A stretch of DNA of 61,498 nucleotides, the filler included, from Deltaproteobacteria bacterium (lineage in GTDB: Bacteria; JACQOV01): NCBI GenBank assembly GCA_016202395.1. It is 4 parts of 4 records of this genome, joined end to end, with 100 filler letters (N's around TTAATTAATTAA, not from the genome) between each part and the next. Parts side by side here need not be neighbours in the genome. Positions count along the whole stretch, not along the records: positions 1 to 27,110 come from JACQOV010000068.1; 3 more parts are not named here. One strand, given 5' to 3'. The notes under the pieces are model-generated. The model was not told the origin of the DNA. It searched no databases and saw only the letters and a program-made list of their open reading frames with translations. The translations under genes and the position numbers were made by a program. Positions 10,614 to 21,979 of this stretch are shown here, piece after piece; the first letter of the stretch is position 1, and each line of letters begins with the position of its first letter.

Positions 10614-12194
10614 TCAACGCACCTTTCTGACGAGTAAGATATAGGAGCGGTGACCCACGGTATCCGAGGCAAGAGAGGTAAATTCCTGCTGAAGCTGCGG
10701 ATTCAAACGAGCCCAACTTTTTCCCTCAGCAATGCAGAGAACTTTTGGAAAATTTGATAGAAATGTTTGCAACTCTTGCTCGTTATTCACGGTAACAAAG
10801 GAAAGTCCCGTGTAAAAATTGAAGGAACCGTTATTGTAGGTTCCATACAAACAAACCGGCTCCTCCTCTTGACGATGGACAAGAAGCTGCTCTGAAAGCT
10901 CTCGGGCCGATTTGTAAGGATTCACGTAACGGTAAACTCCTTGCCCCACAGAAATTCCAATAAAAGCCATCGCAAGGAGTAACCCCTGGAGCGATTTTAC
11001 AAAACGATGGGAGTAACTTGCCCGAATTCCTAGGATACCGATGGAAAGACATCCCAAACCCACAAAAAGGGAGAGGCAAAAGAGAGGGACCCCATAGGGA
11101 TGAGCCATAAAAGGGAGTGGCAGAGCAACGCCAAAAAGCATCATCAAACCATAGCTCAACAAAAAAGCGATGCGAATAAAACGGCGGTGATAATTTCCCT
11201 CTAATTCATGAGCCACCCACAGAGCCGCTGCAGGCATCAAAGGAAGAAGATAGAGAGTCCTTTTACCGCTCATGAAACTAAAGAAGATAAAGATAGCGAT
11301 AAACCAAACCGCTAAAAATTGGGTCCTTGGCTTTTTCTCTTTCCAAGCGGTGTGAAACGCCGCCAAAAGAAAAAAAATCCACGGGAAAAAACTCCCAGGA
11401 AATAGAAGGAAATAGGTATACCACGGATTCGCGTGATCAAAACTGTTATGGACTCTTCCAAAGTTCTGCCAAATGACATTGTTGTAAACATAGTCCCAAC
11501 CGGCATGTTCCCCCGCTAGTAACACCCATCCCCAGTAAATTGCAGACCCGATGATGACAGGCAAAGGGAACAACAGTTTTCGAATCGCTTGCCAATCTTT
11601 CTGCCATAGCAAAAAACTCAAAGTGACAAGACCGACCAAAATGAAACTGGTGGGACCTTTGGCGAGCGCCGCGATCCCCGCGAAAAACCAAACGCCATAG
11701 AGGAAAGATTTCAATTTCCCTTGACTCCAACCTTGATAAAAAAGGATGAGCGCGAAAGTGATAAAAAGGGAAAAGGTCGTGTCGAGATGAGCGGTATGCG
11801 CATTCCACAAAAACTCCGGAGAGAGAGCTAAGATCAAAGTTGCCAGGATCCCCGCTTTGGGTGAGAAATTTTCCCTTCCAAACCAAAAAATCAAAAGGAG
11901 ACAAGCAAACCCCGCAAGAGCTGAAGGAAGGCGAACCGTAAATTCAGAAAAACCGCCAAAAAGTTTGGCGGATAACGCCTCGAGCCAAAAATAGAGAGGG
12001 GGTTTGCCCGAATAAATATCTCCATTGAAATGAGGGACGAGCCATTCCCCCGTCTCCGTCATCTCACGCGCAACGGTGGCATAGCGAGGTTCATCGGGGG
12101 CCCAAAGATCGCGTGTGTGAAGCGCCCCAAAGAGAAGGAAAGCCAAGGAAAGCCAAATCCCAATGGATTGTATATTTTTAAAATTAAACGTCAT
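10614..12194 (-). CDS. ArnT/PMT-family (GT83/GT39-like) membrane glycosyltransferase
   Basis: WAPDEPRYATVAREM, KPPLYFW, RLPSAL, LAKGP, KRTLYLLP motifs; multi-pass membrane protein. Start is ATG 12194 or GTG 12200. Confidence 0.85.
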   Translation of the reverse strand: MTFNFKNIQSIGIWLSLAFLLFGALHTRDLWAPDEPRYATVAREMTETGEWLVPHFNGDIYSGKPPLYFWLEALSAKLFGGFSEFTVRLPSALAGFACLLLIFWFGRENFSPKAGILATLILALSPEFLWNAHTAHLDTTFSLFITFALILFYQGWSQGKLKSFLYGVWFFAGIAALAKGPTSFILVGLVTLSFLLWQKDWQAIRKLLFPLPVIIGSAIYWGWVLLAGEHAGWDYVYNNVIWQNFGRVHNSFDHANPWYTYFLLFPGSFFPWIFFLLAAFHTAWKEKKPRTQFLAVWFIAIFIFFSFMSGKRTLYLLPLMPAAALWVAHELEGNYHRRFIRIAFLLSYGLMMLFGVALPLPFMAHPYGVPLFCLSLFVGLGCLSIGILGIRASYSHRFVKSLQGLLLAMAFIGISVGQGVYRYVNPYKSARELSEQLLVHRQEEEPVCLYGTYNNGSFNFYTGLSFVTVNNEQELQTFLSNFPKVLCIAEGKSWARLNPQLQQEFTSLASDTVGHRSYILLVRKVR

Positions 12195-12255
12195 TCCCAC
12201 GAAAGTGCGAATCCAGTGCTATGAATGGCTGGATCCCTGCTTTCGCGGGGATGAC
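12190..12255. repeat. palindromic REP/RPE-like element (GTCATTCCC...GGGGATGAC)
   Basis: GTCATTCCCACGAAAGTGCGAATCCAG-N12-CTGGATCCCTGCTTTCGCGGGGATGAC imperfect inverted repeat. Confidence 0.8.
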
Positions 12256-12276
12256 ATTTTGATTTTTTGCACTTGC

Positions 12277-13332
12277 TTAAACCGGAGAAGATTCTAACAA
12301 GCCCGCCACACGAATCGCAAGCTCTTTAAACGCTTTTGTTTGTGGGCTTTCCGGATCGGCTTGAACAATCGGGTTCCCAGAATCCCCCCCCTCTCGAATC
12401 GCAGGATCAAGAGAAATCTCTCCCAGCAAAGGGATTCCGAGCTCCGCAGCGACTCTCTCCCCTCCTCCACTCCCAAAAATATCGGTCCGTCCTCCACAAT
12501 GAGGGCAATGAAAATAACTCATGTTCTCAACGATGCCTAAAACGCGGGTATTCACTTTATTGAACATCTCGAGGCCCCGTCGAGCATCCACTAAAGCAAC
12601 ATCTTGCGGCGTCGTCACAATGATAGCGCCGCTCAACGGGCAGGTTTGGACCAAAGTGAGTTGTGTGTCCCCTGTCCCCGGAGGGAGATCGATCACAAGA
12701 AAATCGAGATCTCCCCACCGAACATTTCGCAAAAATTGCTGAACCATCTGAGTTACCATCGGCCCTCGCCAAATCACCGGAGCCTTGTCATCCAGCAAAA
12801 ATCCGACCGACATGAGTTTCATCCCATCCTTCTCAAGCGGAATGATCTGGTTCCCTTGAGCCAAAGGGCGTTGATGCAAACCCATCATGATCGGAAGACT
12901 TGGACCATAGATGTCCGAGTCCATGATTCCGATTCGATAGCCTAACTCTCGAAGCGCAACCGCAAGATTCACTGCCACCGTCGATTTTCCAACTCCTCCT
13001 TTTCCACTAGCAACCGCAATGATGTTCTTCACACCGGGGATCGGGGCGCGTCCTGCCCAAGGATCAGGTCCTTTTTCTGGCGAACGCTCCGCTTTTGAAA
13101 GAGAAGAGTCCAACTCAACTGACTTCACTCCAGAAAGTTTTTGAACGGTGGCTCGAACCTCATCCTCAATCTTCCGAACATTGGCAGGGTCTTTCGTAGA
13201 AATTTGAAGAAGAATTTTTACGGAATCCCCTTGAATGAGAACATCCTTTACAAAACCAAATGAAATAATGTCCCGGTCGATCCCCGGATATTTGACGGTT
13301 TTTAATGCCTCTAAAATTTGTTCTTTATTCAT
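12277..13332 (-). CDS. mrp: Mrp/NBP35 (ApbC) Fe-S cluster carrier ATPase
   Basis: N-terminal DUF59-like domain, SGKGGVGKST, WRGPM, DLPPGTGD, ENMSYFHCPHC. Confidence 0.92.
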   Translation of the reverse strand: MNKEQILEALKTVKYPGIDRDIISFGFVKDVLIQGDSVKILLQISTKDPANVRKIEDEVRATVQKLSGVKSVELDSSLSKAERSPEKGPDPWAGRAPIPGVKNIIAVASGKGGVGKSTVAVNLAVALRELGYRIGIMDSDIYGPSLPIMMGLHQRPLAQGNQIIPLEKDGMKLMSVGFLLDDKAPVIWRGPMVTQMVQQFLRNVRWGDLDFLVIDLPPGTGDTQLTLVQTCPLSGAIIVTTPQDVALVDARRGLEMFNKVNTRVLGIVENMSYFHCPHCGGRTDIFGSGGGERVAAELGIPLLGEISLDPAIREGGDSGNPIVQADPESPQTKAFKELAIRVAGLLESSPV

Positions 13333-13341
13333 GGATAAAAC

Positions 13342-14805
13342 CTATCTACTGAGGACCAGGCGGGTGTTGACGACAGGGAGCATCGTTTCCCCCGTGAGAT
13401 ATTGATCGGCGCCATAAGCCGCTTCACGACCTTCCGCGATGGCCCAAACAATTAAAGATTGGCCGCGGCGCACATCGCCTGCAGCAAAAATCCCTGGAAC
13501 GCTAGTCCTCTTATTTTCATCCGTTTTCACATTGCCACGAGGATCGAGCTCCACACCTAATTGTTCGAGTAAAGGTTTTTTCTCGGGGCCGACAAAACCC
13601 ATGGCCAGAAGAACCAGTTGGGTCTCAATCTCAGATTCTGTCCCTGGAATCTCCCGAAGGATTTTGCGCCCATCTCCATTGCTAATCCATTCCACTCGAA
13701 CGGTATGGAGTTTTTCAACAGAGCCGTTGCCACTAAAACGCTTTGTCGAAATGGAATAGCCTCGTTCCACCCCTTCGTCATGCGCGGGGGAGCTTCGGAA
13801 AACATTAGGCCATAAAGGCCAAGGATCATCCGCTACTCGCACATCCGGAGGACGCGGCAAAATCTCCAGCTGAACCACTTGAGCTGCCCCTTGACGATTA
13901 GCGGTTCCTAGACAATCCGCTCCAGTATCCCCTCCTCCGATGATCACCACCCGTTTCCCTTCTGCGGTAATCCGTTCCTCTGAATCAATTTTATCGCCCG
14001 CGCAGATCCGATTTTGCTGGGTGAGATAATCCATCGCCGGATGAATCCCTTTGAGCTCGCGGCCAGGGATGAGAAGATCCCGAGCTTGGGTGGCCCCGCC
14101 ACAAAGAATAATGGCATCAAACTCTTTGTGAAGATCTGGAGCGGAGATGTTCTTTCCAACATTCACACCGGTTCGAAATTGAATCCCAGACTCCTCCATA
14201 ATTTTAAGACGCCGGTCGAGAACCCATTTTTCTAATTTAAAATCGGGAATGCCATATCGAAGCAATCCCCCAATGCGATTGTCCCGCTCAAACACAACAA
14301 CGGTGTGCCCTGCGCGATTCAATTGCTCGGCCGCCGCGAGTCCCGCAGGACCTGAACCGACGATGGCTACTCTTTTCCCTGTCCGTTTTGCGGGCGGCTC
14401 CGGTTGAATCCAACCTTCTTCAAAAGCCCTATTGATAATGTGGATCTCGATCTGCTTGATCGTCACTGGATCGGTATTAATTCGCAGGACACACGATTCT
14501 TCGCACGGAGCCGGGCAGAGAGTCCCGGTGAACTCTGGGAAATTATTGGTGGCATGCAACCGATCGATCGCCTCTCTCCAATAGCCTCGATAGACTAGAT
14601 CATTCCAATCAGGGATGATGTTGCCCAACGGGCAACCCATGTGGCAAAAAGGGATCCCGCAATCCATGCATCGGGAGGCTTGCGCTCGAAGATCGGCCTC
14701 CGGCATCGGTTGGTAGACCTCGCGCCAATCCTTGAGCCGCTCCTCCACAGGACGTTTCGGCGGCCCCTTTCTCGCAATTTTTAAAAACCCTTTCGGATCT
14801 CCCAT
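13342..14805 (-). CDS. gltD: glutamate synthase small subunit
   Basis: MGDPKGF start, RCMDCGIPFC, CPAPCEESC, GSGPAG, GGGDTGADC, GQSLIVWAI. Start moved to ATG 14805. Confidence 0.95.
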   Translation of the reverse strand: MGDPKGFLKIARKGPPKRPVEERLKDWREVYQPMPEADLRAQASRCMDCGIPFCHMGCPLGNIIPDWNDLVYRGYWREAIDRLHATNNFPEFTGTLCPAPCEESCVLRINTDPVTIKQIEIHIINRAFEEGWIQPEPPAKRTGKRVAIVGSGPAGLAAAEQLNRAGHTVVVFERDNRIGGLLRYGIPDFKLEKWVLDRRLKIMEESGIQFRTGVNVGKNISAPDLHKEFDAIILCGGATQARDLLIPGRELKGIHPAMDYLTQQNRICAGDKIDSEERITAEGKRVVIIGGGDTGADCLGTANRQGAAQVVQLEILPRPPDVRVADDPWPLWPNVFRSSPAHDEGVERGYSISTKRFSGNGSVEKLHTVRVEWISNGDGRKILREIPGTESEIETQLVLLAMGFVGPEKKPLLEQLGVELDPRGNVKTDENKRTSVPGIFAAGDVRRGQSLIVWAIAEGREAAYGADQYLTGETMLPVVNTRLVLSR

Positions 14806-14852
14806 AGCTATCACCCAAAAACGATTAGGCGAACATATTTGCCTAATGCTAA

Positions 14853-17800
14853 TTACGCCGCTAAGTTTTGCTGCTTTCGTTCTTGCAACACCCGCTTGTA
14901 ATCGATCGGCATCACCTTCACAAATTTGGGAACAAAGCTCCCCCACACCTCCAATACCCTCTGTGCAGACGCCGATCCCGTCTTCTGCAAATGCCTCTCG
15001 ATTAGGGATCGAACAAACTCGACCTCCTCCTCATCCCCCAAACGCTCCAACTCCACCATCCCCAAGTTGCAACGATGTTTAAAGTCCCCTTTTTCATCCA
15101 AAACGTAGGCGATCCCACCGCTCATCCCTGCGGCGAAGTTCCGACCGGTCGGCCCTAATACAACCACACGTCCTCCCGTCATGTACTCACACCCATGATC
15201 TCCAACCCCTTCTACCACCGCATGCGCGCCACTGTTACGCACCGCAAACCTCTCGCCCGCAAGCCCACGGACAAAAACTTCCCCTGAAGTGGCTCCATAG
15301 AGGGCAACATTCCCGATAACGATGTTCTCCTCCGCCTTGAATGTGGCCCGCCGAGGAGGATAGACCGTGATCTTCCCGCCAGAGATCCCTTTAGCAAAAT
15401 AGTCGTTGGCATCCCCTTCGAGCTCGAAGGTAATCCCTTTAGGTAGAAAGGCGCCGAAGCTCTGACCCGCTGACCCGGTGAATTTGATCTGGAGGGTGTT
15501 GTCGGGAAGTCCTGCCCCTCCATACTTCTTTGTCAAATGATAGCCTAGCATCGTTCCTGTCGTTCGATGGACGTTGCGGATCGGAAATTCCAGTGAAACA
15601 GGGGCACCATTTTCAAGCGCTGGCTTAGCGGCCGCGATCAGGCGATGATCCAAGATATCGTCAATCCCATGATCCTGCTCTTCCACCTTGCGAATGGGAA
15701 TGCCTTCATCCACCTGCGGCGGTCTTAAAATTTTGGAGAAATCGAGCCCGCGAGCCTTCCAGTGGTCGATCGCAGAACGCATCTTGAGTTTGTCGACACG
15801 CCCAATCATCTCATTCATCGTCCGGAAACCGAGTTGAGCCATCAGCTCTCGAACCTGCTCAGCAACAAAGTAGAAAAAATTCACCACGTGTTCCGCCTTG
15901 CCGGTGTACCGTTTACGAAGCTCTGGATCTTGCGTGGCAATGCCTACGGGACAGGTGTTGAGATGACAAACCCGCATCATAATGCATCCTTCCACCACAA
16001 GAGCCGCGGTGGAAAAACCGTACTCCTCAGCCCCAAGTAGAGCCGCAATGACCACATCGCGCCCAGTTTTCATCTGCCCGTCGGCTTGCACCACCACACG
16101 CCCTCGAAGTTTGTTTTCAACTAAAACCTGCTGCGTTTCCGCCAAACCCAATTCCCACGGGACCCCCGCATGTTTGATGCTGGTGAGGGGGGAGGCCCCG
16201 GTTCCTCCATCGTGCCCTGCAATCAAAATGACATCGGAATGGGCTTTGGCCACACCCGCGGCAATCGTCCCCACACCGACGGAGGCAACCAGCTTGACCG
16301 AAACTCGCGCCTCGGGGTTTGCATTTTTAAGATCAAAGATCAACTGCGCAAGATCCTCGATCGAGTAAATATCGTGGTGAGGTGGCGGCGAGATCAAAGC
16401 AACCCCCGGTGTGGAATTCCGAATCTTGGCAATGTATTCATCAACCTTGTGTCCCGGGAGCTGTCCCCCTTCTCCTGGCTTAGCTCCTTGAGCAATCTTG
16501 ATCTGAAGCTCATCGGCGTTCACTAAATACTCGCTCGTCACTCCAAATCGGGCCGAGGCCACCTGCTTGATGGAGCTTCTTCGCCGATCGCCATTCGGAT
16601 CGGGGACATAACGAGCGGGATCTTCCCCGCCCTCTCCCGTATTACTCCTCCCACCGATCCGATTCATTGCGATCGCCAGCGTTTCATGGGCCTCGCGGCT
16701 GATCGACCCGAGCGACATCGCGCCGGTCGCAAATCGCTTTACAATATTGGAAGCAGGCTCAACCTCTTCGAGCGGAATCGGTTTGTCTAAGGTATTGAGC
16801 TCGAATAAGCCTCGCAACGTGCAAAGCTCGCGGCTCTGGCTGTCCACCCGTTCGGCATATTGCTTAAAGAGATCGTATCGTTTGGAACGGGCTGCATGCT
16901 GAAGTTGAAAAATGGTCTCAGGATTAAAAAGATGAAATTCTCCATCGCGCCGCCACTGATATTGGCCTCCCCAATCGATCTCACGGAGCCCTCCCACTTG
17001 CTCTGGAAAAGCGCGGCGATGACGCAACTCCACCTCTTTGGCGATCACATCGATCCCCACTCCTCCAATCCGAGTGGCTGTCCATGTAAAATATTTGTCG
17101 ACAAACTCCTGGTTTAAACCGATCGCCTCAAAGATCTGCGCGCCGCGATAACTCTGAATCGTCGAGATTCCCATTTTAGAAGTGACCTTGATGACCCCTT
17201 TCTTCACAGCCTTCCTATAATTTTTGACGATCTTCTCATGCCCCAAGTTCGAAGGGATCTTTCCATCCCGCAGGAGATCATCAAGTGTTTCAAAAGCAAG
17301 GTACGGATTGATGGCGCTTGCCCCATAGCCCAGGAGGAGACAAAAATGATGAACCTCGCGAGGCTCCCCCGACTCCATCACCAATCCGACCTTCGTTCGA
17401 GTTCCTTCACGGATCAGATAGTGATGAACACCGGCCGTAGCGAGCAAACTGGGGATGGGGGCCAGCTCCTTAGAAACACCGCGATCCGACAAAATAAGAA
17501 TATTACACCCTTCCGCTACCGCTTGGCTCGCTTGCTGGCAAAGCTCCTCTATCGCTTTTTCGAGCCCATGGCTCCCTTCAGCCACACGATAGAGCATCGG
17601 CACCGTGACCGCTTTAAACCCTTCGAGCTGAACATGTCGAAGTCTCTCAAATTCCTCATTCGAGAGGATCGGTTCATCAAACCGGATTCTGCGACAATTG
17701 GCCTCCGTCGGATGAAGGATGTCCCCCTCCGAACCAATGCGCGTGTGTGTGGAGGTCACCAGTTCTTCGCGAATGGAGTCTAGAGGAGGATTAGTCACCT

Positions 17801-19385
17801 GAGCAAAGAGTTGCTTAAAGTAATTAAAAAAGGGCTGGGGCCGATTCGATAAAACCGCAAGTGGGACGTCATTCCCCATCGATCCAATCGGTTCCTCGCC
17901 ATGGATGGCCATCGGTGTCATCAAGATACGTAGATCCTCATGGGTATAACCAAAAATCTGCTGGCGTTTGAGAATCGTTGCGTGGTCCGGTTCATAAATG
18001 TGAGGCGGCTCCGGAAGATCTTTAATATGAACCAGATTTTTCTGAAGCCACTGACGATACGGTTTTTCTCGAACGATCCTCGATTTGAGCTCTTGATCCT
18101 CGATAATTCGCCCCTCTTCGGTATCGATCAAAAGCATCCTCCCCGGGTGAAGTCGTTCTTTGACCAAAATATTTTCTGGCGCAATATCGAGAACACCCAC
18201 CTCCGAGGCCATGACCACTAAGCCATCTTTCGTGACGTAGTAACGCGAAGGTCTCAAACCATTCCGATCCAGAACCGCGCCGATCCGCGTTCCATCGGTA
18301 AAGGCGATCGAGGCTGGCCCATCCCACGGCTCCATTAAGCAGGAATGGTATTCATAGAAGGCCTTTTTATCCTCATCCATGCTCTCATGATTTTCCCAAG
18401 CCTCGGGAATCATCATCATCATCGCATGAGGCAGCGAGCGCCCGGTCATCACGAGCATCTCGAGGGCGTTGTCGAACATGGCAGAATCGCTTCCACCTTC
18501 TTGAATCACCGGGATAATCTTTTTAATATCTTCCCCCAAAAGATCCGACGTGAAGACCTCCTCGCGCGCATGCATCCAGTTGATGTTGCCACGGAGCGTG
18601 TTGATCTCACCGTTGTGACAAAGGTAACGGAAGGGGTGAGCGCGATCCCATGTGGGAAACGTGTTGGTGCTGAAACGGGAGTGGACCAGGGCTAAAGCGC
18701 TCTTCACCTTGGGATCCACCAGATCGGAATAAAAGCCCTCGATCTGATCCGCAATCAGCATCCCTTTGTAAATGACGGTGTTGCTCGAAAAACTTGGGAT
18801 ATGAAAGGAGCGTGGATCCTGGAGCCCTATGGCAGCAACCGCATTTTCAATGCTTCTGCGAATAACGTAAAGCTTTCGCTCGAAGGCGGCAGGATCCCCC
18901 TTGAACTCTCCACGTCCCATAAACACCTGACGGATCACCGGCTCAAGGGTCTTAGCCGAAAGACCAATCTGGCGGTTATCGGTGGGAACATCGCGCCATC
19001 CCAAAAGCTTCGTCCCCTCTTCACGAATCTTGGCCTCTACAATCTTTTCACACTTCCCACGCTCCTCTTGATTCTGGGGAAAAAAGATCATTCCGATCCC
19101 GTACTCCCCTGGCTTTGGAAGATCAAAACCGGGCTGCGAGCGCTCTTGGGAACACTCGTGGGCAAAAAAATCGTGAGGGATCTGGAGGAGAATCCCAGCG
19201 CCATCCCCCGTATTTTTTTCGCACCCACACGCGCCGCGATGACGAAGATGGATTAAAGCGGTCAGCGCTTTCTTGACGATATCGTGGGATTTTCTTCCTT
19301 GAATATCGACAACAAAGCTAACGCCACAACTATCGTGCTCGTACCACGGATCGTAGAGGCCTTTCTTTATTCTGCTCGACATCAT
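14853..19385 (-). CDS. gltB: glutamate synthase large subunit
   Basis: EHDSCGV N-terminal nucleophile, [43 protein letters not shown]. Confidence 0.97.
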   Translation of the reverse strand: MMSSRIKKGLYDPWYEHDSCGVSFVVDIQGRKSHDIVKKALTALIHLRHRGACGCEKNTGDGAGILLQIPHDFFAHECSQERSQPGFDLPKPGEYGIGMIFFPQNQEERGKCEKIVEAKIREEGTKLLGWRDVPTDNRQIGLSAKTLEPVIRQVFMGRGEFKGDPAAFERKLYVIRRSIENAVAAIGLQDPRSFHIPSFSSNTVIYKGMLIADQIEGFYSDLVDPKVKSALALVHSRFSTNTFPTWDRAHPFRYLCHNGEINTLRGNINWMHAREEVFTSDLLGEDIKKIIPVIQEGGSDSAMFDNALEMLVMTGRSLPHAMMMMIPEAWENHESMDEDKKAFYEYHSCLMEPWDGPASIAFTDGTRIGAVLDRNGLRPSRYYVTKDGLVVMASEVGVLDIAPENILVKERLHPGRMLLIDTEEGRIIEDQELKSRIVREKPYRQWLQKNLVHIKDLPEPPHIYEPDHATILKRQQIFGYTHEDLRILMTPMAIHGEEPIGSMGNDVPLAVLSNRPQPFFNYFKQLFAQVTNPPLDSIREELVTSTHTRIGSEGDILHPTEANCRRIRFDEPILSNEEFERLRHVQLEGFKAVTVPMLYRVAEGSHGLEKAIEELCQQASQAVAEGCNILILSDRGVSKELAPIPSLLATAGVHHYLIREGTRTKVGLVMESGEPREVHHFCLLLGYGASAINPYLAFETLDDLLRDGKIPSNLGHEKIVKNYRKAVKKGVIKVTSKMGISTIQSYRGAQIFEAIGLNQEFVDKYFTWTATRIGGVGIDVIAKEVELRHRRAFPEQVGGLREIDWGGQYQWRRDGEFHLFNPETIFQLQHAARSKRYDLFKQYAERVDSQSRELCTLRGLFELNTLDKPIPLEEVEPASNIVKRFATGAMSLGSISREAHETLAIAMNRIGGRSNTGEGGEDPARYVPDPNGDRRRSSIKQVASARFGVTSEYLVNADELQIKIAQGAKPGEGGQLPGHKVDEYIAKIRNSTPGVALISPPPHHDIYSIEDLAQLIFDLKNANPEARVSVKLVASVGVGTIAAGVAKAHSDVILIAGHDGGTGASPLTSIKHAGVPWELGLAETQQVLVENKLRGRVVVQADGQMKTGRDVVIAALLGAEEYGFSTAALVVEGCIMMRVCHLNTCPVGIATQDPELRKRYTGKAEHVVNFFYFVAEQVRELMAQLGFRTMNEMIGRVDKLKMRSAIDHWKARGLDFSKILRPPQVDEGIPIRKVEEQDHGIDDILDHRLIAAAKPALENGAPVSLEFPIRNVHRTTGTMLGYHLTKKYGGAGLPDNTLQIKFTGSAGQSFGAFLPKGITFELEGDANDYFAKGISGGKITVYPPRRATFKAEENIVIGNVALYGATSGEVFVRGLAGERFAVRNSGAHAVVEGVGDHGCEYMTGGRVVVLGPTGRNFAAGMSGGIAYVLDEKGDFKHRCNLGMVELERLGDEEEVEFVRSLIERHLQKTGSASAQRVLEVWGSFVPKFVKVMPIDYKRVLQERKQQNLAA

Positions 19386-19836
19386 TTAACAAAACCTCGG
19401 TGTGCTCGAACGTGGTGGAAAGAACCACCTCGGTCTCCGTTCGAGTCACCCCTTCAATGGAGCGAATTTGGCGAATCACTTCTTCCAATGTTTGGGTGTT
19501 CCTCGTTTTAATCTTTAAACGAAACGTGTGCTCCCCCGTGACATGATGACATTCTAAAATATCGCCGATCCTGCCGATAACCGACTCAAAATGGGGGATT
19601 CCTTGAGGATGGCTCACGGAAACTCCAATGAATGCGGTCACATCCTTCCCAATTTCACGAGCGTTTAGGATGGCGGTGTATTTTTGAATAATCCCCTTTT
19701 CTTCGAACTTATGAATCCGATCAGCAACCGATGGAGAGGAAAGCTCTACTTTCTCCCCAATCTCTGAGACCGGCATCCGACCGTCCTGCTGGAGAAACCC
19801 CAGGATTTTTAAATCAATTTCATCAATTTCCTTCAT
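19330..19836 (-). CDS. Lrp/AsnC family transcriptional regulator
   Basis: [29 protein letters not shown] domain. Start moved to ATG 19836. Confidence 0.9.
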   Translation of the reverse strand: MKEIDEIDLKILGFLQQDGRMPVSEIGEKVELSSPSVADRIHKFEEKGIIQKYTAILNAREIGKDVTAFIGVSVSHPQGIPHFESVIGRIGDILECHHVTGEHTFRLKIKTRNTQTLEEVIRQIRSIEGVTRTETEVVLSTTFEHTEVLLNDVEQNKERPLRSVVRAR

Positions 19837-19990
19837 TTTTAAACCTGCTCTTCCAAGCAAGCCTTCGAAAAGATACCAGATTAACACAAAATGTCAATGT
19901 TTATTTGGTTAAACTTCATAAAAATATTACTTTTTAAGGTTATGAACAGTTTGGCTAGCATGCCCCTTATCTGTTATTTTACGGACCACC

Positions 19991-20455
19991 ATGAGCTTCG
20001 TGGAAGAAAAACTCCAAGCGCTGGGCTTAGATCTCCCCCCTCCGCCAAAAGCGGCGGGGCTCTACCGACCTGCTCTATTAGTAGGAAATCATTGCTGGGT
20101 CTCAGGACAGCTCCCCTTCAGAAATGGAAAGCTCCTCTACACAGGGAAGCTTGGTTCTAACCTCTCGATTGAACAGGGGAAAGAGTCCGCTCGTCTATGT
20201 ATTTTGAACGCCTTGGCTGCGGCCCAATCGGCCCTTGGAAATCTCGACCGGATTGAACGAGTGATCCGACTGGCTGCGTTCGTCGCCTGTCCTGAAAATT
20301 TCCAAGACCATGCCAAAGTGGCCGATGGCGCCTCAGAACTTTTAACCCAGATCTTCGGAGCACATGGCCAACCTACGCGAATCTCCGTTGGGGCCTCCAG
20401 CCTCCCGCTCAACAGCCCTGTTGAGATCGAGATCCTGTTCTCGATTCGTGGATGA
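19991..20455 (+). CDS. RidA/YjgF family protein
   Basis: VSGQLP, GASELL..IFG, R.SVG..SLPLNSPVEIE motifs. Confidence 0.88.
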   Translation: MSFVEEKLQALGLDLPPPPKAAGLYRPALLVGNHCWVSGQLPFRNGKLLYTGKLGSNLSIEQGKESARLCILNALAAAQSALGNLDRIERVIRLAAFVACPENFQDHAKVADGASELLTQIFGAHGQPTRISVGASSLPLNSPVEIEILFSIRG

Positions 20456-20681
20456 ACCCAACTGTTAAATTTAATACACACCTGTGATGCCAACGGCGCT
20501 TTACAGTATTTTCAACATTAAATTCAATGAGTTAGGTCTATTTCATTGAAATAGGGTGTGAAAGAACGTGCACAGTGCCACTGAATCCTTCAATCCTCAC
20601 CTTGGGCCTTCATGATAATTTTCACTTTGAGAAACAGGGGGTTAAAGATAAATGCGAATAAATGGCCTCTTGGGCCTGTTT

Positions 20682-20697
20682 TGGCATGATTCTTGTA
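20682..20697 (+). promoter_or_regulatory. putative sigma54 -24/-12 promoter
   Basis: TGGCAT-GATTC-TTGTA (GG-N10-GT; consensus TGGCAC-N5-TTGCW), 44 bp upstream of 20741 in a 285-bp intergenic region. An IHF-like ATTCAA-N4-TTA lies at 20522-20534. Confidence 0.5.
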
Positions 20698-20740
20698 TGT
20701 TCCTCCGTAGGAAGAGGCAACGCGAAGGAGGAAAACCCGA

Positions 20741-21979
20741 ATGAGCATTCATGGGAAAGACAAAGTTTTTCCGTTCATCTTATCCATTATCGGCTCCGTG
20801 GTCCTTTTCTGGTTGGTTGGATGCGGTGAGAAACTCGCTCCCAATGGCACTGGGGAAAATAATGCGCCCGATGCCGATATTCTCTCACCTCAGCCAGCTC
20901 CCAGCACCCCTCTTGAAGAGGCGCTCCTTATTGTGAGCTCGACGGAAGGAGGATCCAGCACTTTAACCGTTGCGAACCCTGACCCGGGTTCTCTAGCGCT
21001 GATAGGAAATATTTCGCTGGGCAATGGGGCTGTTTCAGGAACCGTGAGCGAAAACTTCTACATCGTCACCCAACCGAAACTCGATAATGCCGGACTTCCA
21101 AAAAATGGAAAAGAGATTCAAGTTTACGATCTGGCTACCCCCTTCCCTTTTACCTTGATAACCGATCCCCCGGTTCAAGTGGGGGAACAACAAGGGGGAG
21201 TTTTGGGAGCAGCGCGAGACTCTTCACTCGGTTTAACATTTATATCGATCTATCACGAAGGGGCGATCGCCATCCTCGATGAAACGTTCACATGGAGGGT
21301 GAGTAAATCGGCTGGAGTTAACCCGAGTGGAATTGCGGTCGACGAAGAGCATGATCGTATCTTCGTGGTCAACACGAATGCGGAGGGCCAAGGCTGTGGT
21401 GGAACAATCGCTTCAACCATAAGTGTGTTCCAGTGTAGCGCTGAAGCCGAGGAACCTGCGACAAGCTGTAAGGAGAGTGGTGAGCCTCAAGAAACCGGGG
21501 GGCGAAACGCCTTTGCGATCGCTTACGACGCTTCCCGAGGAAGTGTAATTGTAGCTAACTACTCGGATGACAATATCGCCATCTGGAATGTAGACGTACC
21601 CATCTCGGAAGAACAACCGCTGGAAAAGATCGACCTTGAGAAAGGGGCAGGACCGATTGCTCTTATTTTAGATTCTGAAGGGGATCGTTTGTTTGTCGTC
21701 AATCAAGGCAATGACTCGATCACCAGTCTTCAATTGGGAGAATCCACATTGGAGATAGAGGGCACAATCTCATTTCCCGCGGGGACGGCCCCCACATCGG
21801 CCGCCATTCGGACCACCGATTCCACAAAGACCTTGTATGTCACAGACAATCTCGAGAATTCCATTACGGTGTGCGACATCACCCACTTTCCTTCAAGCGC
21901 CGATTGCAATCAAAAAATCTTTTTAGGAGAAGGACTCCAACCTACTAGTGTGCAGTATTACAGGGGAGGGAATTTATGA
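20741..21979 (+). CDS. lipoprotein with YVTN/YncE-type beta-propeller
   Basis: Lipobox LVGC; repeated P.GIAVD...RIFVVN, AFAIAYD...VIVANY, PIALILD...RLFVVNQG blades; AAGGAGG RBS. Confidence 0.75.
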   Translation: MSIHGKDKVFPFILSIIGSVVLFWLVGCGEKLAPNGTGENNAPDADILSPQPAPSTPLEEALLIVSSTEGGSSTLTVANPDPGSLALIGNISLGNGAVSGTVSENFYIVTQPKLDNAGLPKNGKEIQVYDLATPFPFTLITDPPVQVGEQQGGVLGAARDSSLGLTFISIYHEGAIAILDETFTWRVSKSAGVNPSGIAVDEEHDRIFVVNTNAEGQGCGGTIASTISVFQCSAEAEEPATSCKESGEPQETGGRNAFAIAYDASRGSVIVANYSDDNIAIWNVDVPISEEQPLEKIDLEKGAGPIALILDSEGDRLFVVNQGNDSITSLQLGESTLEIEGTISFPAGTAPTSAAIRTTDSTKTLYVTDNLENSITVCDITHFPSSADCNQKIFLGEGLQPTSVQYYRGGNL

